The notes under the pieces: generated by a model
Seen by the model: the letters and a program-made list of their open reading frames with translations, nothing else
The model's database searches: none
Told to the model about the DNA's origin: nothing
Shown here: piece by piece, positions 59,711-64,000 of the stretch
How the letters are laid out: the number at the start of each line of letters is the position of its first letter
How positions within the stretch are numbered: the first letter of the stretch is position 1
Made by a program: the position numbers and the translations under genes
Assembly: GCA_023247445.1 (NCBI GenBank)
Contig: JAHFGL010000005.1
Span: 11,087-75,086 of the forward strand
Direction of reading: 5' to 3'
DNA length: 64,000 bases
From: Candidatus Omnitrophota bacterium
GTDB lineage: Bacteria > Omnitrophota > Gorgyraeia > Zapsychrales > Zapsychraceae

Positions 59711-60979
59711 TTATTGAATAATATCGCCAACCTGAATCTTTGACCATTGATCTTTGATATCAGCGGCGGAAATATCTTTGCGGATTTGAATTACTTGTAA
59801 ACGGGCGATATATTTAGAATCACGATACACGCTTAAAGTATCCCCCATACGAATTCCAGAATTTTCACCTAGATCAACAATAACAAAATTATTCTCTGTA
59901 TTAATACTAACAACTCGTCCGTTTAAGCCGGGCTTTTCTGATCCATTATTGAAATTTAATGCCTGTCCTTCTGAATTTACAACAATAGGGGGCAATTCCA
60001 CATCACCGCTCTTGCCAGGCACAGAATCAAATGTTCTATCTAACGTGTCTTTAATTTCCCATATCTCATCGATTTTGTTTTGAACCATCGTCTCAGTCTG
60101 ATCAAGTTTCTTTTCCATCGTCCCCTTGTCTTGAGTTAAACGAAGAACTGATTTCTCCAGGGCCCCTTTGGTTGAAACAAGACGTTTGATCTGTCCTAAC
60201 AATTCTTGATTATCTGATGATAACTTTGTTGCTTTATCAGATATAAATTTCTTTTCATTTTTTGTTCGCGCTAATTCTAAAGCCAAATTATTGGCTAAAT
60301 CACTTTTATATTTTATTTCTCGATCCAATGAATCTTTATCACTTTGCAAACTTGCCAACTTAACCTTTAGATCATCATTGCCTTGTTTTAACTCAACGAT
60401 TTCCACCGAGTTCTTAGACAAATCTTGTTTAAAATTTTCAATTTGAACTTCTAACTCTGCCTTTTCTTTCAAAATAGCGGCCCAATATTGTTCATTACCA
60501 ACACCTTGAATATTTGCTTGTTGTGCCGTTGGCGTTTCTTCTTGTTTAGGAGCAACCGGTTGTTCCTTACTTTTTAATTCTTCATCTTTTTTGATTGCTA
60601 ACTGTTCAGCCTCTTTAATCTTGAGCATAAGATCATCATTCTTTTTGACAATCTCATCAAATTGTATTTTTAATTTATCTTTTTTATCTGTTAAGTCTGT
60701 AACTTGGGCAAACAGATCATCTCTTTCTTTTTCAGTCGTTTTAATTCTGCCTTCCAGCTTGACTCGCTCAGCTTCACTTTTAGCCAGCGAATCTTTTAAT
60801 TTAGTATTTTCCGCAACACCCTTTTTTTCTCGATCCTGAGATTGACTAAGCTGTTGACTTAATCTTTCATTTTCTTTTTTAGCTTTATCTGTTTCTAAAA
60901 AATAATATCCTGCGCCACCAAAACTTAACAACACAAGAAGAATAAGTATAAAAACAATTAGCTTTGCAGCTTTAGACAT
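59711..60979 (-). CDS. Membrane-anchored long coiled-coil protein with small C-terminal beta domain
   Basis: N-terminal TM, heptad-rich body, G.VV.IN....FVIVDLG..SGI..GD. Confidence 0.75.
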   Translation of the reverse strand: MSKAAKLIVFILILLVLLSFGGAGYYFLETDKAKKENERLSQQLSQSQDREKKGVAENTKLKDSLAKSEAERVKLEGRIKTTEKERDDLFAQVTDLTDKKDKLKIQFDEIVKKNDDLMLKIKEAEQLAIKKDEELKSKEQPVAPKQEETPTAQQANIQGVGNEQYWAAILKEKAELEVQIENFKQDLSKNSVEIVELKQGNDDLKVKLASLQSDKDSLDREIKYKSDLANNLALELARTKNEKKFISDKATKLSSDNQELLGQIKRLVSTKGALEKSVLRLTQDKGTMEKKLDQTETMVQNKIDEIWEIKDTLDRTFDSVPGKSGDVELPPIVVNSEGQALNFNNGSEKPGLNGRVVSINTENNFVIVDLGENSGIRMGDTLSVYRDSKYIARLQVIQIRKDISAADIKDQWSKIQVGDIIQ

Positions 60980-61229
60980 ATCTTCTCCTTAAAATATTAA
61001 TGACCCTGAGAGTCTCTTGTGTTTTGATTTTTACGTCGAGAATATTCATGCAAGGCAAAACATTGACATTTAATAATTTATAACTGTATAAAGTTACTAT
61101 GAATATAACAAAGGATTAATTTTTATACAAGAAGAAAACCTATTTTTTTGCTCTTAAATACAAATAAAAAATGGGACAAATGATTTGTCCCATGAGTAAA
61201 TTCACCAACATAGTAAATGCTTAAATTAA

Positions 61230-61375
61230 TTATCCCAAATTTTGCACGCACACATAATTTATGCACAAAAATGTGCGTTCAAAATTATGGGATTACCCCG
61301 CCAAAGTTGTTGATGTCTCTTACGGCATCAACTTTGTCGGCCCTTTGGGCGGATTTTGCTATTGCAAAATCCGGG
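61230..61375. repeat. 146-bp structured dispersed repeat, copy 2
   Basis: Near-identical to 31760-31905, same orientation. Confidence 0.92.
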
Positions 61376-61376
61376 A

Positions 61377-62057
61377 TTATTCAAATCTGATCTCATCCAA
61401 ATAAAAAATACAGGATTCTTGATTAACATTTTCATTAGTTGTCCAAGCAAATCCTCCGCTAATATAGGAAAGGTCTTTCCCACGTAAATCGATCGTATAT
61501 TGTCGCCACTCAGAGGTTAAAATCACCGGACCAATAAGTGAGGTATCTGAATCCGGATAATTCCCAGAAATACCTCCTACGGTAAATTCTTCAATTTGCT
61601 CACCACCCTTATCTCCCCTGGCCCAAAAAGTTAATTTGGTTGCCCCTTTTAAGTTAAAACCACCCTTCTTTTGTCCCCAATTATTTGCCGGATTAAGCCA
61701 ATAAATACCCGCCCACTTTTGATCACGGCGTGAACAGTCAACATCATAATCAACGCGAATACATGTTTTGCCCGTATAACACTTTTCAACCCAAATATCA
61801 TTAAAGGCAATACATTTCCCATTAGGCATAAACCCCGATGGGACATAATGATTTTGCTTAGATTCTTTTTCCGAATAAACATAGAAAGGCGAAAAGGAAT
61901 TAAGATTAATGGAGGCCTTTTCAGAAGGAATATTACTCTGAGGAATTGTTGGTTCAACTTGCTCATTAGAAACAACGGAAGTCGCTTTAGCTGGAGCTCT
62001 CTGACATGAATAAAGGGGGAGTAAAACAAGAATCAACAAGATAGAAACGAATTGCAT
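61377..62057 (-). CDS. Lipoprotein with putative carbohydrate-binding beta-sandwich
   Basis: LYSC lipobox; PSGFM, WAGIYW..P.NNWG, LTFWARG..GGE, W.QYTIDL, FYLDEIRFE. Confidence 0.7.
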   Translation of the reverse strand: MQFVSILLILVLLPLYSCQRAPAKATSVVSNEQVEPTIPQSNIPSEKASINLNSFSPFYVYSEKESKQNHYVPSGFMPNGKCIAFNDIWVEKCYTGKTCIRVDYDVDCSRRDQKWAGIYWLNPANNWGQKKGGFNLKGATKLTFWARGDKGGEQIEEFTVGGISGNYPDSDTSLIGPVILTSEWRQYTIDLRGKDLSYISGGFAWTTNENVNQESCIFYLDEIRFE

Positions 62058-62199
62058 TCTAAGATAAACCTTTCTACAACAACATCTTTTAATCGGAAGT
62101 GATACTAAAATCATCGGGCCAAAAAGATTCGCCCCGATGATCATCGAGGCGAAAAAATAATAATTTAAAATTTCCTCTTACCCTCTACTCTAAAAACTA

Positions 62200-63060
62200 T
62201 TAAATATCTTCAAGTCCATCTAAAGCCTGTTGAGCGGCCTCTGAAGGTTTCCAAAACCATCCCTGAGGATCCCAGCATTGTGCATAAGAATATTCATCAA
62301 TTAATTTCTTATAAGCTTCTTTAGCTTCATTGGTCTGACCTGCTTTTTTATACGCCTCTCCCTCGATATATAGGGCGGTTCCTGTATCATTAAGAGCCCA
62401 ATAGCTAAAAATTTTATCTTTAGACTCCCAAGGATATTCTGTCAAAGATTTTTGCATATCTTTGCCTTTGTCAGAATAAAGTTCTAAAATTTTATTAACA
62501 TAGGTAACAACAGCATCTGTATTATTACTGGCTAAAGCTTTCCATGCCTGAGATGTCAGAAATGAAGAAGAATAATCACCAAAATCCAAATCAGAACCTG
62601 ATTCAAGCATGGCTAATTTCTCTTTAGCAGCATCCGCTGGTTTCCAAAACCAACCTTGAGGATCCCACGCTTGACCAAAAGAATAGTTATCAATGATCTT
62701 CTTATAAGCCGCACTGGCTTCATCATTCATCTTAGATTTGCGATACATCTCTCCCTGAATAAATAAACCTGTGGCCACATCATTTAATGCCCAATAGCTA
62801 AAAATTTCTTTATTTTCTCCCTTTGGATAATCGGTAAGACTGGCTTGCATTTTCTTAGCTTGTTCACCATAAAGCTCAATACATTTATTTGTATAAGCTA
62901 AGACGGCTTCCATATCATTATCTTGCATTGCCTTCCAAGCCTTTGTGATTAAAGTTTCCGAACGAAAGTCACCAAAATTATACGCGGCCATAACTCTCGT
63001 GGGAGAAACAATCATAAGGCTTGTCAATAAAATTGTTAATGTAAGAAATACTTTTTTCAT
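62200..63060 (-). CDS. Secreted helical-repeat protein with two ~130-aa repeats
   Basis: Signal peptide; FGD..S..L...AW, YWALND, WDPQGWFWKP each twice; GGAGG RBS. Confidence 0.8.
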   Translation of the reverse strand: MKKVFLTLTILLTSLMIVSPTRVMAAYNFGDFRSETLITKAWKAMQDNDMEAVLAYTNKCIELYGEQAKKMQASLTDYPKGENKEIFSYWALNDVATGLFIQGEMYRKSKMNDEASAAYKKIIDNYSFGQAWDPQGWFWKPADAAKEKLAMLESGSDLDFGDYSSSFLTSQAWKALASNNTDAVVTYVNKILELYSDKGKDMQKSLTEYPWESKDKIFSYWALNDTGTALYIEGEAYKKAGQTNEAKEAYKKLIDEYSYAQCWDPQGWFWKPSEAAQQALDGLEDI

Positions 63061-63273
63061 AATAACTCCTCCGTTAGTCAATTATTTTTGTTCTATAAAG
63101 GTAAGTATACTCCACTTTCAAATTCTTTACCAATACCTGTTTCTCCTGCGGGATAATTTAAATAAATGATTAATATTAAAATATTTGATTTAAATTTTGG
63201 AACTGCTTATTCAAGGTAAAGGATAACATCTATTAATCTAAATTTCAATACGACAAACCCGTACAAACCCTCC

Positions 63274-64000
63274 CTAATTCCACAGCTCTTTATATAGGTA
63301 ATAACTCTTTCGTAAATGTCTTAAAAATGGACTTTGCGTACCATTCCCTTGACCTATCAGCCCAAACCACTCTTCGTGATAATATCCACCAGGAAATGGA
63401 CCGATAGCCGTTGATTTCCAATCATGTCGAAATGGCTCATATCCTTTCCACCATTCATCCATCCATTCAAAGACAACGCCGCCCAACGCATTACCAACAC
63501 CCCGGGAATGACCCGCCGTATTTTCTTCAATATCCAACCAATTCCCTCGTTGATATTCGGCCTGAGCATCTTCACCCTCATCAAGCGTTAAGTGCTGAGC
63601 AAATGCTGGACACCCATATTCTGTAATAAACGCAGGCTTACCACTGGCATCAAAAACCTGTTCCCAAAATGATCCAAATCCATAATCGCCACGATAAACA
63701 TTCGCCGCAAAAATATCAACATGAGGAGCGTATTTAGCAAAAATATCAAGATATAGTGTATCGCCGTTACCAATAGCTACAGGATGATTTTTATCCACCG
63801 ACTTAATCCACTGGGCAACTTCATCAATAAACTTAAAATAGCTCTCCGGCTTCTTATCGGCGTTACAACCAACCCCATAATTATTTTCATTACCAAGAAG
63901 CCACACTAAAACATAAGGCTCATCTTTATATTCCATAACCATTTGCTTAACTGATTCAAGCATGTTCTTACGATGTTCAGGATTATCATAATCCGCTCCT
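63274..64000 (-). CDS. GH2-like TIM-barrel glycoside hydrolase (5' end outside window)
   Basis: W.LGNENNY acid/base, KP.FITEYG nucleophile, FEW.DEWWK, EEWFG. Confidence 0.85.
   Translation of the reverse strand, partial: GADYDNPEHRKNMLESVKQMVMEYKDEPYVLVWLLGNENNYGVGCNADKKPESYFKFIDEVAQWIKSVDKNHPVAIGNGDTLYLDIFAKYAPHVDIFAANVYRGDYGFGSFWEQVFDASGKPAFITEYGCPAFAQHLTLDEGEDAQAEYQRGNWLDIEENTAGHSRGVGNALGGVVFEWMDEWWKGYEPFRHDWKSTAIGPFPGGYYHEEWFGLIGQGNGTQSPFLRHLRKSYYLYKELWN

Overview
Bacterial chromosomal window, AT-rich, standard code with an RF2 gene, mostly minus-strand housekeeping genes: ppiC, ssb, uup, DEAD-box helicase, eno, purN, lnt, secA, prfB (with +1 frameshift), uvrC, murJ, rpsT, holA, lptE, bamD, comEC/comEA, leuS, speD-like, thiSGH, cysK and mnmG. 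It also holds three tRNAs (fMet, Thr-CGT, Phe-GAA), two toxin-antitoxin pairs and a secreted glycan-active cluster at the right edge. Gene content points to a diderm, possibly PVC/Omnitrophota-like organism (inference only). Most notable: (1) a family of 81-114 bp non-coding inserts built from covarying 9-bp inverted boxes. Six copies, most at a C^G step, sit in a helicase 3' end, tRNA 5' ends, a tRNA remnant and other palindromic repeats. (2) An FtsH-like membrane protease with three tandem intact AAA+ modules, translationally coupled to an unknown lipoprotein. (3) A GIY-YIG mini-element that appears to have separated tRNA-Phe from its CCA. (4) Small ORFs missed by the ORF track: a 15-aa Lys-rich peptide, a bL37-like protein, a zinc-finger and a membrane peptide. 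(5) An in-frame palindromic insert in leuS and a DUF1016-N/thermonuclease fusion. Product calls rest on motif recognition by eye, not database searches.
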